A stretch of 64,000 bases of DNA from Candidatus Stammera capleta (lineage in GTDB: Bacteria > Pseudomonadota > Gammaproteobacteria > Enterobacterales > Enterobacteriaceae), in assembly GCA_036689455.1 (NCBI GenBank), contig CP144828.1, forward strand, positions 77,418 to 141,417, given 5' to 3'. The position numbers and the translations under genes are program-made. Of the stretch, positions 13,878 to 27,190 are shown piece after piece. The notes under the pieces were generated by a model. It ran no database searches. It worked only from the letters and a program-made list of their open reading frames with translations, and was not told where the DNA came from. Each line of letters opens with the position of its first letter. The stretch's first letter is position 1.

Positions 13878-14258
13878 TTAATTATTAATGGAATAATAAT
13901 TAATGTTATTAATAATATTGTTTGGTTTTGGTTTGGTTTTTTTTTTATATTTTTTATGTTTTTTTTTTTTTTTTTTTTTTTTGTGTTTATGTTTTATTTT
14001 TGTAAAATAAATTATTATTAATATTAATAATATTAAAATATATGTAATTATATTTATATATATATTATTATTAATATTAATTTTAATTAATATTAGTTTA
14101 ATTAAGTTTAGCAATAAAGATATAAAAATTGATATTCCTAATTTTAATATTATTAATAGTAATATTATTTTATATATATATTTTTTTGTTTCTTTTATAA
14201 ATTTTTTTTTTTTTTTTTTAAATGTTTTATTAAATATGTTAATTATGTATTTAATCAT
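13878..14258 (-). CDS. Hypothetical small membrane protein, 126 aa: two hydrophobic segments and a poly-Lys tail. No family recognised.
   Basis: A 126-codon open frame in roughly 8% GC sequence with no gene on the other strand, which is unlikely by chance. Predicted TM-like stretches are IILLLIILKLGISIFISLLL and IITYILILLILIIIYF. It contains A24 and A18 homopolymers. Confidence 0.35.
   Translation of the reverse strand: MIKYIINIFNKTFKKKKKKFIKETKKYIYKIILLLIILKLGISIFISLLLNLIKLILIKININNNIYINIITYILILLILIIIYFTKIKHKHKKKKKKKKHKKYKKKTKPKPNNIINNINYYSINN
13959..13982. repeat. 24-nt T (A on the coding strand) homopolymer inside the orphan ORF; a second 18-nt run lies at 14202-14219
   Basis: Counted directly from the sequence lines 13921-13990 and 14201-14220. 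Confidence 0.95.
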
Positions 14259-14396
14259 AATTTTTTTTGAAAAATTAAAAATTAGAATTTATATTGATAT
14301 TATTGTTTAATTGATATTATTAGTTGAAAATTTTATTTAATAATATTATTTTAAAATTATTATATACCATTAATTTATAATTGTATAAATTTTTAT

Positions 14397-15779
14397 ATGT
14401 TGAGAATTTTTAATACTTTAACTAATAAAAAAGAATTATTTAAAAGTATTGTAAATAATAAAGTTAATATTTATGTTTGTGGTGTTACAGTATCTGATTA
14501 TTGTCATTTAGGACATGGTCGTACTTTTTATTTTTTTGATATTTTATTAAAGTATTTAATTCATTTGGGTTATAAATGTAGATATATACGTAATATTACA
14601 GATATTGATGATTTTTTAGTTAAAAAAGCTAATAAAAGTAATGTATCTGTTGATGATTTTTTAATTCATATGATTAATTCTATGTGAAATGATTTTAATT
14701 CTTTGGGATTCAAAAAACCTAATTATGAACCTAGAATTAGTAATTATATTAAATTAATTATTGAAAATATTTTATTTTTATTGAAAAATAAATTTGCATA
14801 TATTTCTTTAAGTGGTGATGTTATATTTTCAATTAAAAATAATTATAATTATGGAAATATTTTTTTAAATTTAAATAAAAATTGTTTATATAAAAAGAAT
14901 TTTGTTTTATGAAAATTAAATAACGATAATGATTTTATAGGATGAAAGTCTCCGTGAGGTTTTGGTAGACCTGGTTGGCATATAGGATGTTCAACTATTA
15001 GTAATAAGTTTTTATTTAATAGTATAGATATACATGGAGGTGGTTTAGATTTAAAATTTCCTCATCATGAAAATGAAATAATTCAATCGAGATGTTTATT
15101 TGGTAAAGAATGTTTACCTAATTATTGAATGCATACTGGTATGGTTATTAATAGTATAGGTAAATTATCTAAATCTCATGAGAATACTTTTTTGATTAGT
15201 AATTTATTAAAAATATATCATAGTGATGTGATTAAATTTTTTTTTATGTCTAAACATTATAGGAAAAATTTATTTTTTGATATAAATAAATTAGAGAAAT
15301 ATAAATTATGTTTAAATAAATTTTATTCTGTTTTTGTGAATTTTAATTTAAATCTTACTTTGTCTTATAAAGATTTATTATCTTTAAAAGAATTTGATGA
15401 TATTTTTTATAAATTTATAAATGATGATTTTAATATTTCAGGTATATATGTATTATTATTTGATATGTTAAATGAAATTAATAAAATTAAAAATAAAAAA
15501 TTTTTATTATCAAATAAATTAGCTATTAAAATGCGTAATTTAGCTAATTTAATTGGTTTATTGGAAGATACACCTAGTAATTATTTTAATAATTATTTTT
15601 TAGTTAATAAAAATAAACTTTATTTAATAGATAAAATTAATTTTTTAGTTAAATTAAGAAATTTAGCACGTCGAAAAAAAGATTGAAAAACAGCAGATGC
15701 TTTGCGTAATAAGTTATTTAAATTAAATGTTAATTTAAAAGATAAAGAAAATTATATAACAGAATGATATATTAATTAA
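14397..15779 (+). CDS. cysS: Cysteinyl-tRNA synthetase, 460 aa
   Basis: [17 protein letters not shown] (HIGH region), [13 protein letters not shown] and KLSKS motifs. Fragments 14397, 14703 and 15129 are all in frame 0. The C-terminus RRKKD-W-KTADALR was traced to TAA 15777-15779. Confidence 0.94.
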
Positions 15780-16642
15780 TTAATATTAGTAAATTTTTTT
15801 TGATATATATAAAAGATATTTTTAATTAATATCGCTATTGTCATTGGACCTATTCCTCCAGGTGTAGGAGTTATATATTTTATTTTTTTAATTACTGAAT
15901 TTATATTTATATCTCCTGTTATAATTCCTTTATGGTTTTTATTTATACCTATGTCTATAACTATAGAGTTTTTTTTAATTCAAGATGTTGGGTATATATT
16001 ATATTTACCTATAGCACTAATTAATAAATCTGCATTTTTAATGTATTTTTTTATATTTTTTGTTCTACTATTTGTTAATGTTACTGTACATCCATAATTA
16101 ATTAATTCCATACTCATTGGTTTACCAACTAAATTTGATGAACCTATAATAAGAGTGTTTAATCCTTTTATATTAATATTATAAAATTTAAGTAATTTAA
16201 TTACCCCAAATGATGTGCATGGTCTAATACATGGATTTCCTTGGGATAATTTTCCTACATTACAGGAATTTAGTCCATCAACGTCTTTATTAGGTGATAT
16301 TTTATTAATGATTTTATTTGTATTTAAATGTTTAGGTAAAGGTAATTGTATTAAAATACAATGAACTTTTTTTTCATAATTTATTAATTTAATATATTTA
16401 ATTATTTTTTTTTCTTTTGTGTTTTTTGAAAAATTTATTATTTTGTATTTAATTCCTACATCGTTTAAATGATAACATTTATTTTTTATATATATATTTG
16501 AAGAAATGTTATTTCCTATATTTATAATTTTAATTAATGGTTTTTTTTTATATTTTTTATATATATCGATTATTTTTTTTTTAATTTTTATTTTTGTTTT
16601 TTTTAAATATGAATATCCATATAATTTTTTTTTTTCTGTCAT
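15776..16642 (-). CDS. folD: Bifunctional methylenetetrahydrofolate dehydrogenase/cyclohydrolase, 288 aa
   Basis: [18 protein letters not shown] and [12 protein letters not shown] motifs. The C-terminal part past TGA 15980-15982 was traced by hand. Overlaps the cysS 3' end by 4 nt. cysS/folD arrangement as in E. coli. Confidence 0.93.
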
Positions 16643-16690
16643 TTTTATAATTGAATTTTAAATATATTAATGTTAGTATAATTTTATTAT

Positions 16691-16764
16691 ACGCTCTTAG
16701 CTCAGATGGATAGAGCAACAGCCTTCTAAGCTGTAGGTCACAGGTTCAAATCCTGTAGAGCGTG
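16691..16764 (+). tRNA. argU: tRNA-Arg, anticodon TCT; no encoded CCA
   Basis: Cloverleaf folded by hand: a 7-bp acceptor (ACGCTCT/AGAGCGT), D arm GCTC..GAGC, anticodon stem ACAGC/GCTGT with loop CTTCTAA, and T arm ACAGG-TTCAAAT-CCTGT. Confidence 0.9.
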
Positions 16765-16778
16765 ATTAAATTATATTT

Positions 16779-19118
16779 TTATAGAAAAGGATTATTTTTA
16801 AGAGATATATTTAAGACGTCTTTAATATTTTTTATATTGTATATTTTAATTTTTTTGATTATATTTTTAGGTATTTCTTCTAAATTTATTTTATTTCCGT
16901 ATGGAATTATAACTTTTTTAATTCCTGCTCTTAATGCAGCTAATAATTTCTCTTTTAAACCACCTATAGGTAATATTTGTCCATGAAGTGTTATTTCTCC
17001 TGTCATAGCTATATTAGATTTTACTGGATTATTTGTTAATGAAGATACTAATGATGTACATACAGTAATACCTGCACTTGGACCATCTTTTGGAGTTGAT
17101 CCTTCTGGTACATGTACATGTATGTCTTTTTTAATATAAAAATTATTTTTTATTTTTAGTTTTTTTGATAGTGATCTTACTACAGTTAAAGCAATTTGTA
17201 TAGATTCTTGCATTATTTCTCCTAAAGAACCAGTATATGTTAATTTTCCTTTTCCAGGAATACATATAGATTCTATAGTAAGAAGTTCTCCTCCTGTTTC
17301 AGTTCAAGCTAATCCTGTTACTTTTCCAATTTTATTTGTTTTTTGTGCTTTTTCGAAACTATATTTTCTTATACCTATGTATTTCTTAATATTTTTAATA
17401 TTTATTTTTATGGTTTTTTTGTTTTTATTTAATTCCATTTTTTTAACTGATTTTCTACATATTTTAGATATTTCTCTTTCTAATCCTCTTACTCCTGGTT
17501 CTCTGGTGTAATATCTTATTATTTCTTGAATTACTTTTTTATTAATTTTTAATTCATTTTTGTTTAAAAAATGATTTTTGATTTGTTTAGGAATTAAATA
17601 TTTTTTAGTAATATAAAATTTTTCATCTTCTGTATAACCTATTAGTTTTATAATTTCCATTCTATCTAATAATGGTATAGGAATATTATTAATAGAATTT
17701 GCAGTAGCTATGAACATTATGTTAGATAAATCATAATCTATTTCTATATAGTGATCATTAAAATTATTATTTTGTTCAGGATCTAATACTTCTAACAAAG
17801 CTGATGCAGGATCACCTCTCATATCTGTAGACATTTTATCTATTTCATCTAATAAAAATAATGGGTTATTTACTTTAATTTTAGATATTTTTTGTATTAT
17901 TTTTCCTGGCATTGATCCTATGTAAGTTCTTCTATGACCTCTTATTTCTGCTTCATCTCTAATTCCACCTAAAGATATTCTTATAAACTTTCTTCCTGTA
18001 GCTCTTGAAATAGATTTTCCAAGTGATGTTTTACCTACACCTGGTGGTCCAATAAAACATAATATTGGTCCTTTAACTTTATTAGATCTATTTTTTACTG
18101 CTAAGTATTCTAAAATTCTTTCTTTAACGTGTTCTAATCCATAATGATCTTTATCTAAAATTTGTTTTGCGTTATGTAAATTTTTTTTTGTTTTAGTTTT
18201 TTGTTTTCATGGAATTTGTAGTATTCAGTCTATATAATTTCTTAAAACAACAGCTTCTGCAGATAAAGGCGACATCATTTTAAATTTTTTTAATTCTATA
18301 GTAATTTTTTTTTTAGCTTTTTTAGGTAATTTAATAGATTTAATTTTTTTTTTTATTAATTCATATTCATTAGATATATTGTTAATATTATTTAATTCTT
18401 TTTGTATTGCTTTTATTTGTTCATTTAAATAATATTCTTTTTGACTTTTCTCCATTTGATTTTTAATTCTATTTCTAATTTTTTTTTCTATTTTTAAAAC
18501 ATCAATTTCTGATTCTATCATTGCCATTATAAATTCTAATCTTTCGTTTATATTAAATAATTCTAATATATGTTGTTTATCTTTAAGTTTTAACGGCATA
18601 TGAGCGGCTATTGTGTCTGTTAATTTTGTAGTATTACTAATATTATTTAATGAATTTAATACTTCTGTTGGTATTTTTTTATTTAATTTTATGTATAATT
18701 CAAATCTATTTAATATACTTTTAATAAGTATTTTTTTTTCTTTTTTGTTTACTTCAATTGTTTTGATTTTTTTTGTTTTTGCTATAAAATATTTTCCTTT
18801 ATCTTTAATTTCTATTATTTTAACTCTTTCTAATCCTTCGATTAGTATTTTTACTGTACCATCTGGTAGTTTTAACATTTGTAATATAGATGATATAGTT
18901 CCTATTTTAAACAGATCTTTTATATTTGGTTCATCTATGTTAGGTTTTTTTTGTGCTACTAATATAATTTTTTTATTTTGTTTCATTGATAATTCTAAAC
19001 ATAGAATAGATTTTTTACGTCCAATAAATAAAGGTATAATCATATTAGGATATACAACTACATCTCTTAATGGTAATACAGGGATCTCAATGTTTTTTTG
19101 AGATCTTTCTTGATGCAT
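16779..19118 (-). CDS. lon: ATP-dependent Lon protease, 779 aa
   Basis: N-terminal [20 protein letters not shown] and protease-domain [10 protein letters not shown] with the catalytic Ser. The AAA region lies in the gap between fragments. Fragments 16779-17213, 17304-17912 and 18225-19118 share a frame. clpP-clpX-lon order as in E. coli. Confidence 0.94.
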
Positions 19119-19158
19119 ATTTTTCCCCTTTTATTTAAATAAGTTTAGATGAGTTATT

Positions 19159-20376
19159 TTAGTTATAAATAATTTTTGGTTTACTATTTTTATTTATAAC
19201 TGATTTATTTATAATTATTTTTATTGGTTTTTTTTTTGAAAATGTTTTATACATAATATTGATTAAAGTTTTTTCCAAAATATTTTTTAAACCTCTTGCT
19301 CCTGTTTGTTTTTTAATTGTTTTTTTTACTATTTGATTTAATGCGTTTTCTGTAAATTTTAATTTTATATTTTCTAATTTGAATAGAAATTTATAATATT
19401 TTATTATTGAATTTTTAGGTTCTGTTAATATTTTTCTTAATTTAATTTTATTTAGTGGATTTAATTTTGTTATTATAGGTAATCTACTTATAAATTCTGG
19501 TATTAATCCAAATTTTATTAAATCTTCTGTTTCTATATTGTTTTTTTGAGTTTTTGTTTTTAAATTTGAATTAAATCCAATTTCATAACATTGGTTTATT
19601 CTTTGTTTTATTATTTTTTCTATTCCATTAAATGTTCCACTACAAATAAAAAGTATATTGTTTGTATTTACTTGAATATATTCTTGATTTGGATGTTTTC
19701 TACCTCCTTTTTCTGGTATTGAAGAAATTGTACCTTCAATAATTTTTAATAGGGATTGTTGTACTCCTTCACCAGAAACATCTCTAGTTATAGATATATT
19801 ATCAGATTTTTTTGCTATTTTATCTATTTCATCTATAAATATAATACCATATTCTGCTTTTTTGATATTAAAATTACATTTTTGTAATAATTTATATATT
19901 ATATTTTCTACATCTTCTCCCACATATCCTGCTTCTGTTAATGTTGTTGCATCTGCTATAATTATAGGAACTTTAATTATTTTAGCTATTGTTTGTGCTA
20001 TTAAAGTTTTACCACATCCTGTAGGACCAATTAAGAGTATATTTGATTTATTTAAAGGTAATTTACTTTTTTTTTTAATTATATTATTTATAATTTTATA
20101 ATGATTATATATTGATACTGAGAGTATTTTTTTAGTTTCATTATGACCTATAACATATTTATCAATTTCTTTTTTAATAGTTTTAGGTGTATTTTTATTT
20201 ATATTAAAATCTGCAAGTGTTTCATTTTTTTCTTTTTGTAAGATTTTACTACATAAAAATATACATTTATCACATATAAATGCATTTTTACCTGTAATAA
20301 TTTTATTTACATAATTTTCGTTTTTACCACAAAAAGAACAATTTATATGTATTTTTTCTTTATTATTAATGTTCAT
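19159..20376 (-). CDS. clpX: ClpX unfoldase, 405 aa
   Basis: N-terminal zinc finger CSFCGK...CDKC, Walker [18 protein letters not shown], and sensor GARGL. Confidence 0.96.
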   Translation of the reverse strand: MNINNKEKIHINCSFCGKNENYVNKIITGKNAFICDKCIFLCSKILQKEKNETLADFNINKNTPKTIKKEIDKYVIGHNETKKILSVSIYNHYKIINNIIKKKSKLPLNKSNILLIGPTGCGKTLIAQTIAKIIKVPIIIADATTLTEAGYVGEDVENIIYKLLQKCNFNIKKAEYGIIFIDEIDKIAKKSDNISITRDVSGEGVQQSLLKIIEGTISSIPEKGGRKHPNQEYIQVNTNNILFICSGTFNGIEKIIKQRINQCYEIGFNSNLKTKTQKNNIETEDLIKFGLIPEFISRLPIITKLNPLNKIKLRKILTEPKNSIIKYYKFLFKLENIKLKFTENALNQIVKKTIKKQTGARGLKNILEKTLINIMYKTFSKKKPIKIIINKSVINKNSKPKIIYN

Positions 20377-20400
20377 TTTTATATTTTTTTTTATAAAAAA

Positions 20401-20988
20401 TTAACTTCTTTTATGTATTATTTCATCTATTATTCCGTAATTTAATGCTTCTTTTGGGGATAAGAATTTATCTCTTTCTGTGTCTTTTTTAATTTCTTCT
20501 GGTGATTTATTGGTATTTAATGAAATTAAATTAATTATTTTTTTTTTTATTTTTTTTATTTCTTTTGCTTGTATATCTATATCTGTAGCTTGACCTTGGA
20601 AACTACCTAAAGGTTGATGTATCATAATTCTTGAATTAGGTAAACTAAATCTTTTTTTTTTTTTACCTGATGATAATAATAATGCTGCCATAGAACATGC
20701 TTGTCCTATACAAACTGTGTTTATTTCAGGTTTAATGAATTTCATAGTGTCATATATTGACATTCCTGATGTTATTATTCCTCCAGGAGAATTTATATAT
20801 ATAAATATATCTTTTTTATGGTTTTTATATTCTAAAAATAATAATTGTGCAACAATATTGTTAGATAACTGATCATTAATATATCCCGTAAGAAATATAA
20901 TTCTATTTTGTAAAAGTTTAATATATATATCATATGTTTCTTTATTATTATAATTTTGTTCTGTGATTATAGTATTGTATAAATACAT
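20401..20988 (-). CDS. clpP: ClpP protease subunit, 195 aa
   Basis: INSPGG, GQACSMAA (catalytic Ser) and IMIHQP (catalytic His) motifs. Confidence 0.96.
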   Translation of the reverse strand: MYLYNTIITEQNYNNKETYDIYIKLLQNRIIFLTGYINDQLSNNIVAQLLFLEYKNHKKDIFIYINSPGGIITSGMSIYDTMKFIKPEINTVCIGQACSMAALLLSSGKKKKRFSLPNSRIMIHQPLGSFQGQATDIDIQAKEIKKIKKKIINLISLNTNKSPEEIKKDTERDKFLSPKEALNYGIIDEIIHKRS

Positions 20989-21157
20989 AAATTTATTTGT
21001 TTATTGTTTTTTTTTATTTTTATATATTAATTATATATAAACATATTATTTTTAAAATACTAACATATATTTAAATATTAATAAATTTTAAATTATTTTT
21101 ATTTTTTTTAAAAAAATTTATTTTTTTTAAAAAAGTTTTTTATTTTTATTTAAATAA

Positions 21158-21583
21158 TTATTTATTATTATGATATATATTATCTAATATTTTATTTATA
21201 AATTTATAACTATTATTAGATCCAAATTTTTTAGCTAGTTTTATACTTTCATTAATTATTATTTTATATGGTAATTTGTTTCTTATTTTTAATTCGTATG
21301 TTGCAATTTTTAATATAATGAAATCTATTTTTCCTATATATTGGGTTTTTTTATTTAAATTTAAATAAATTATTTTTATAATTTTTTTTTTATTTTTTGT
21401 TATACCATTTAATATTTCATATAGATAATTAATATCAATATTATTAAATATATTTGAATTAATTAGTTTAAATTCTTTTATTTTAGATTTTATGTTTTTA
21501 TTTTTATTTATTAATGAATAAATTATTTGTAATACTAATTCTCTAGTTTTTTTTTTTTTAAAAAACATTAATTTATTTAACAT
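21158..21583 (-). CDS. nusB: Transcription antitermination factor NusB, 141 aa
   Basis: The size, plus TRELVLQIIYS near the N-terminus and INESIKLAKKFGS..SYKFINKILD near the C-terminus, match the NusB family. Confidence 0.8.
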   Translation of the reverse strand: MLNKLMFFKKKKTRELVLQIIYSLINKNKNIKSKIKEFKLINSNIFNNIDINYLYEILNGITKNKKKIIKIIYLNLNKKTQYIGKIDFIILKIATYELKIRNKLPYKIIINESIKLAKKFGSNNSYKFINKILDNIYHNNK

Positions 21584-21598
21584 TATTTAATTAAATAT

Positions 21599-21820
21599 TT
21601 ATTTATTATTACGAAAAATTATTCTTCCTTTATTTATATCGTATGGAGTGATTTCTACTGTTACTTTATCTCCTGTTAATATTCTTATATAATTTTTTCT
21701 CATTTTTCCTGATATATGAGCTATTATACAGTGATTATTTTCTAATTTAACTTTGAACATTGTATTAGGTAATGTTTCTATTACTGTACCTAACATTTCA
21801 GTATTTTTTTCTTTTATCAT
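21599..21820 (-). CDS. infA: Translation initiation factor IF-1, 73 aa; the start is the internal Met of track ORF 21599-21877
   Basis: [51 protein letters not shown] is nearly identical to E. coli IF1. The upstream 19 codons of the track ORF overlap trxB and have no homolog. Confidence 0.95.
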   Translation of the reverse strand: MIKEKNTEMLGTVIETLPNTMFKVKLENNHCIIAHISGKMRKNYIRILTGDKVTVEITPYDINKGRIIFRNNK

Positions 21821-21825
21821 TTTTT

Positions 21826-22776
<951 letters not shown>

Positions 22777-22903
22777 TTATTTATTTTTTCATAATTAAAT
22801 TATATAATAATTATTATTAATGTTATATTAATAATGTTTAAATTATACATTAATAATTGTTTTTAGAATTTAAAATATTTTTTATTAATTTTAATATATA
22901 TAT

Positions 22904-24211
22904 ATGTTAGATATTAAATTATTATTTAATAATATTTCTTTATTTGTAAAAAAGATTAAAATTCGTTTTCCTGATTTTGATGTTAAAAAATTTTTAAATA
23001 TTTATAATGATTATAGAAGTTTAAAATTTGAGATTGAATTTTTTCAATCTAAACGTAATTTTTTTTCTAAAAAGTTTTTTTTGTATAAAGATAAAAACAA
23101 ACATATTTTATATTTTAAAAAAATATTAGAATTAATTAATTTTAATATTTTTTTTAAAAAAAAAAAAATAAAAAAAAAATTGTATAAATTAAATCATATA
23201 ATTAATTATATTCCTAATATTCCATCTAGTGATGTGCCTTTAGGAAAAGATGATAATGATAATATTGTAATTTTAAATTGAGGTAAAATTAAAAAATATA
23301 AATTTAAAATATTGGATCATATTAAACTTGGTAAATTAAATAATAATTTAAATTTTAGTGAATCTAGTATTGTAAGTGGTTCTTGTTTTGCTGTTATGAA
23401 GGGTAATTTTTCTCTTTTATATAGAGCATTATCTCAATTTATGTTAGATTTACATATTTTAAATAATGATTATTGTGAGGTTTATGTTCCTTATATAGTA
23501 AAAACTGATTCTTTATATGGCACAGGTCAATTACCTAAATTTTATGATGATATTTTTTATGTACATTCATTTAAAAAAAAAGAAAAAAATAATTATGCGT
23601 TAATTCCTACTTCAGAAGTTTCTTTGGTTAATATGTTCAGAAATAAATTAATTAACAAAAAGGAATTACCTATTAAATTAGTATCTTGTACTCCTTGTTT
23701 TCGTTCTGAATCTAAATCTTATGGAAAAAATAATAGAGGTTTAATAAGATTAAAACAATTTGATAAAGTTGAATTAATTCAAGTTGTAGATGCTATTAAT
23801 TCCATGAAATATTTAGAAGAATTAACTTTTAATGCAGAAATGGTATTACAAAAATTAAATTTAACTTATAGAAAAGTTTTATTATGTTCAAATTCTATGA
23901 GTTTTAGTTCTTGTAAAACTTATGATTTAGAGGTTTGATCTCCTATTGATAATTCTTATATTGAGGTTTCTTCATGTTCTAATACTTGGGATTTTCAATC
24001 AAGAAGAATTAATTTACGTTATTTTGATGTAAGTTTAAATAAAAATATTTTTTGTCACATAATTAATGGTTCTGGTTTAGCTGTAGGTAGAACTTTAGTA
24101 GCTATTTTAGAGAATAACCAAGTAGATACTGGAATAGTTAAGGTTCCTAAGGTTTTAATTAAATATATGTATGGTATTAAATATATAAAATTTATATAAT
24201 TTTTTCATATT
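22904..24211 (+). CDS. serS: Seryl-tRNA synthetase, 435 aa
   Basis: Coiled-coil N-terminus, then class II motifs: PTSEV, FRSE, and [17 protein letters not shown]. Fragments are in frame 2. The end was traced to TAG 24209-24211. Confidence 0.92.
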
Positions 24212-24213
24212 AG

Positions 24214-25251
24214 TTGGTTTTTATGTTTGATAAATTTTCTTCTGCTCCTTTATTTGGTTATACAGATAAGTATTGTATTTTCTTTTATAGGTTATTTACA
24301 AAATATATAAAATTATATACAGAAATGATACATGTATCTTCTTTTATAAAAAGATATAGAATTAATAAATTATATTTTATCAATGAAAAGTATATGAATG
24401 TTGCTATTCAATTTGTAGGTAATAAATATCAAGATTTATTTAGGTCTTCATGTATAGTAAATAAATTAAATATTTCTGAAATTAATTTTAATTTAGGATG
24501 TCCTTCAATAAAAGCAAATTATGGTGAATTTGGTGTTTATTTAACAAAAAATATTAATAAAATTGTTAATTGTTTAAATTATTTACAAAATGGTGCTCCT
24601 GATATTACTTTATCAATTAAACATCGTATTAATTTTGATTGTTATAATTATTTATTAGATTTTGTAGGTTATATATCTTTATATTCTTCCTGTAAGAAGT
24701 TTATTATTCATGCACGTAGTGTATTGAATAATAATTATTCTACTAAAGATAATTTAGTTATACCAGTATTAAATTATAATTATGTTTATAAACTTAAAAA
24801 AGATTTACCTTATCTTAATATAGTAATTAATGGTAATATAAATAATCTGTATGATATAGATAAACATTTAAAATATGTAGATGGTGTAATGATGGGTAGA
24901 GGATTATATTTTAATCCTCTATTTTTATTTAATGTAAATAAATATTTTAGAAATAGGTATTATTTGTATAAATATAAAAATATTGATTGTAATAATAGTT
25001 TATTTTTTGATAAAAAAAAAAAGATTTCTATTAATATAAGATTAATATTATTTAAAGTTTTTTATTATATTAAAAGTAATCCAGAATGTAAAAAAAAACC
25101 ATTTAAAATACTTAGACATGTTATTCATATTTTTTATAAAACAAAAAATGCTTCTTTTTTTAGAAGAAGATTAATTATGTCTTTAAATTTATTTGAAAAA
25201 TTTAATTGTTATTTAGATTTTGAGTTTTTTATGTTCAAAGGTTTTTTTTAA
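24214..25251 (+). CDS. dusA: tRNA-dihydrouridine synthase A, about 345 aa (TTG 24214 or ATG 24223 start)
   Basis: FSSAPLFGYTDKYC, LYTEMI, NLGCPS, FIIHAR and DGVMMGRG align with my recollection of E. coli DusA. Confidence 0.82.
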   Translation: MVFMFDKFSSAPLFGYTDKYCIFFYRLFTKYIKLYTEMIHVSSFIKRYRINKLYFINEKYMNVAIQFVGNKYQDLFRSSCIVNKLNISEINFNLGCPSIKANYGEFGVYLTKNINKIVNCLNYLQNGAPDITLSIKHRINFDCYNYLLDFVGYISLYSSCKKFIIHARSVLNNNYSTKDNLVIPVLNYNYVYKLKKDLPYLNIVINGNINNLYDIDKHLKYVDGVMMGRGLYFNPLFLFNVNKYFRNRYYLYKYKNIDCNNSLFFDKKKKISINIRLILFKVFYYIKSNPECKKKPFKILRHVIHIFYKTKNASFFRRRLIMSLNLFEKFNCYLDFEFFMFKGFF

Positions 25252-25508
25252 AAAATTATATTATTTATATTTTTAATTAATTTTTTACTACATTTAAAAT
25301 ATGGAATTATTTTTTGTTTATGTGTTTTAATGTTTTTTTTATATGATTTAAAATAACCTAAATTTTTAATTTTTACTTTTTTTTTTTTTTTTAGTTGTTT
25401 TTTAATAAATTTAATTAAATAATTTATTATTATTAAAATTTTTTTTTTTGATATGTTTTTGTATTTTTTGTTTAAATTTTTAATTAATATAATTTTATTT
25501 ATTATCAT
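25248..25508 (-). CDS. ihfB: Integration host factor beta-like (HU/IHF family) DNA-binding protein, 86 aa
   Basis: Right size and a Lys-rich HU-fold pattern, with IKNLGYFKS and IIPYFKCSKKL corresponding to RGFGSF and YVPHFKPGKEL. Sits directly after rpsA as in E. coli. Confidence 0.7.
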   Translation of the reverse strand: MIINKIILIKNLNKKYKNISKKKILIIINYLIKFIKKQLKKKKKVKIKNLGYFKSYKKNIKTHKQKIIPYFKCSKKLIKNINNIIF

Positions 25509-25511
25509 TTA

Positions 25512-27158
25512 TTATTTAAATTTAGCGATTTTAAATGCTTCTATCATAGAGCTAAAACAATTATTTATATTTTTTTTATTTTTTTTCTCTTTTTTAATAT
25601 ATAATGATAAATTTAAAATTCTATTTTTAAAATCTATATTTAATATGTATGTTTTTATAATATCATTTATTTTAAGTTTTTTAACTATATTTTTTAATTT
25701 TTGATTTTTTTGTTCAATGTTTATATTACCTTCTATGCCGTCATTTAAATTAACTTTAATGTTATTTTTATCTATTTTATTTATTTTAGTATTTAAAAGT
25801 TTCTTTTTATTTTTAAATTCATTATATTTATTTATAGGATCTTCTGTTAATTGTTTAATACCTAAAGATATTCTTTCTCTTTCTATATCTATTTGAATTA
25901 AAGATGTTTTTATTTTATCTCCTTGTTTGTATTTATTTTTTATTTCTTTTTCATTTTTATGATTTCAGAATATATCTGATGTATGTACTAAGCCGTCTAT
26001 TCCTTCATTTAATCCTAAAAATATACCAAAATCTGTAATTGATTTAATTTTTCCTTTTATTATGTCTCCTTTTTTGTGTTTTTTGGAGAATTCTATTCAA
26101 GGATTTGGTTTACATTGTTTAATTCCTAATGATATTCTTCTTTTATTTTTATCTATATTTAATATTATGGCTTTTATTTTTTCACCTATATTAAATATTT
26201 TAAATGGATTTATGTTTTTATTTTTTCAATCAATTTCTGATATATGAGCTAAACCTTCAATACCTTCTTCAATTTCTATAAAGCATCCGTAATCTGTTAA
26301 GTTAGTAATTTTACCTTTTATTTTTGTATTTACTGGGTATTTTTCTTTTATGTTTTTTCATGGATCTTCTGTAAGTTGTTTTAATCCTAATGAAACACGT
26401 GTATTTTTTTTGTCAAATTTAATAATTTTAATATCTATTTTATCTCCTATATTAACTATTTCGCTAGGGTGTTTAACTCTTTTTCATGCCATGTCAGTTA
26501 TATGTAGCAGTCCATCTAATCCTCCTAAATCTATGAATGCTCCATAATCTGTAAGATTTTTGACTATACCTTTAATTACTAGTCCTTCATGTATATTTTT
26601 AATTAATTGTTCTTTTTCGTAATTATTTTCACTTAAAATTACTGCTCTTCTTGATATTACTATATTATTTTTTTGTTTATCTAATTTTATTACTTTAAAT
26701 TCTAATTTTTTACCTTCTAAAATATTTGTATCTTTTATTGGTTTTACGTCTATTAATGATCCAGGTAAAAAAGCTTTTATACCATCAATATTTACTGTTA
26801 AACCTCCTTTTACTTTTCCTGTTATTATTCCTTTTATTATTGTAGATTGATTATAAGATTTTTCTAGTTTTATTCAAGCTTTATGTTTTTTAGCTTTTTC
26901 ATGTGATAATATTGTTTCACCTTGTATTCCTGAAATATTATCTATAGAAAAATCTACTTCATCATTTATTTTAATATTTAATTTACCATTAATATTTTTA
27001 AATTGTTCTACCGGTATATATGATTCTGATTTTAAATCAGCATCTACAGTAACATAATTATTATTTATATTTATAATTTTACCTTTTATTAAATTACCTG
27101 TTTTAATTCTTTTTTTTTTTATTGATTTTTTGAATAATTTTTTAAATACTTCAGTCAT
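25512..27158 (-). CDS. rpsA: 30S ribosomal protein S1, 548 aa, with many TGA-Trp codons
   Basis: N-terminal MTEVFKKLF...[17 protein letters not shown] and C-terminal [12 protein letters not shown] both match E. coli S1 and are in the same frame (1644 nt apart). The double stop TAATAA abuts the ihfB ATG. The interior was not fully translated by hand. Confidence 0.88.
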
Positions 27159-27190
27159 TTTTTTGTTTTTTTTAAAATTGTTTTATTTTT

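Noticed and set aside
16691-16764. tRNA-Arg(UCU) begins with an A1-U72 pair and none of the three tRNAs encode CCA, considered as unusual.
   Set aside because: Lack of encoded CCA and relaxed acceptor pairs are ordinary in reduced AT-rich genomes. The cloverleaf is otherwise canonical.
21102-21137. T8A7 / T8A6 self-complementary runs after nusB, and a similar T9A10 run at the 3' end of rnpB (13813-13831), considered as minimal terminators.
   Set aside because: Such TnAn junctions are common throughout this sequence, including inside coding regions (for example in hemW at about 30342). The predicted hairpins would be very weak. No enrichment can be demonstrated by eye.
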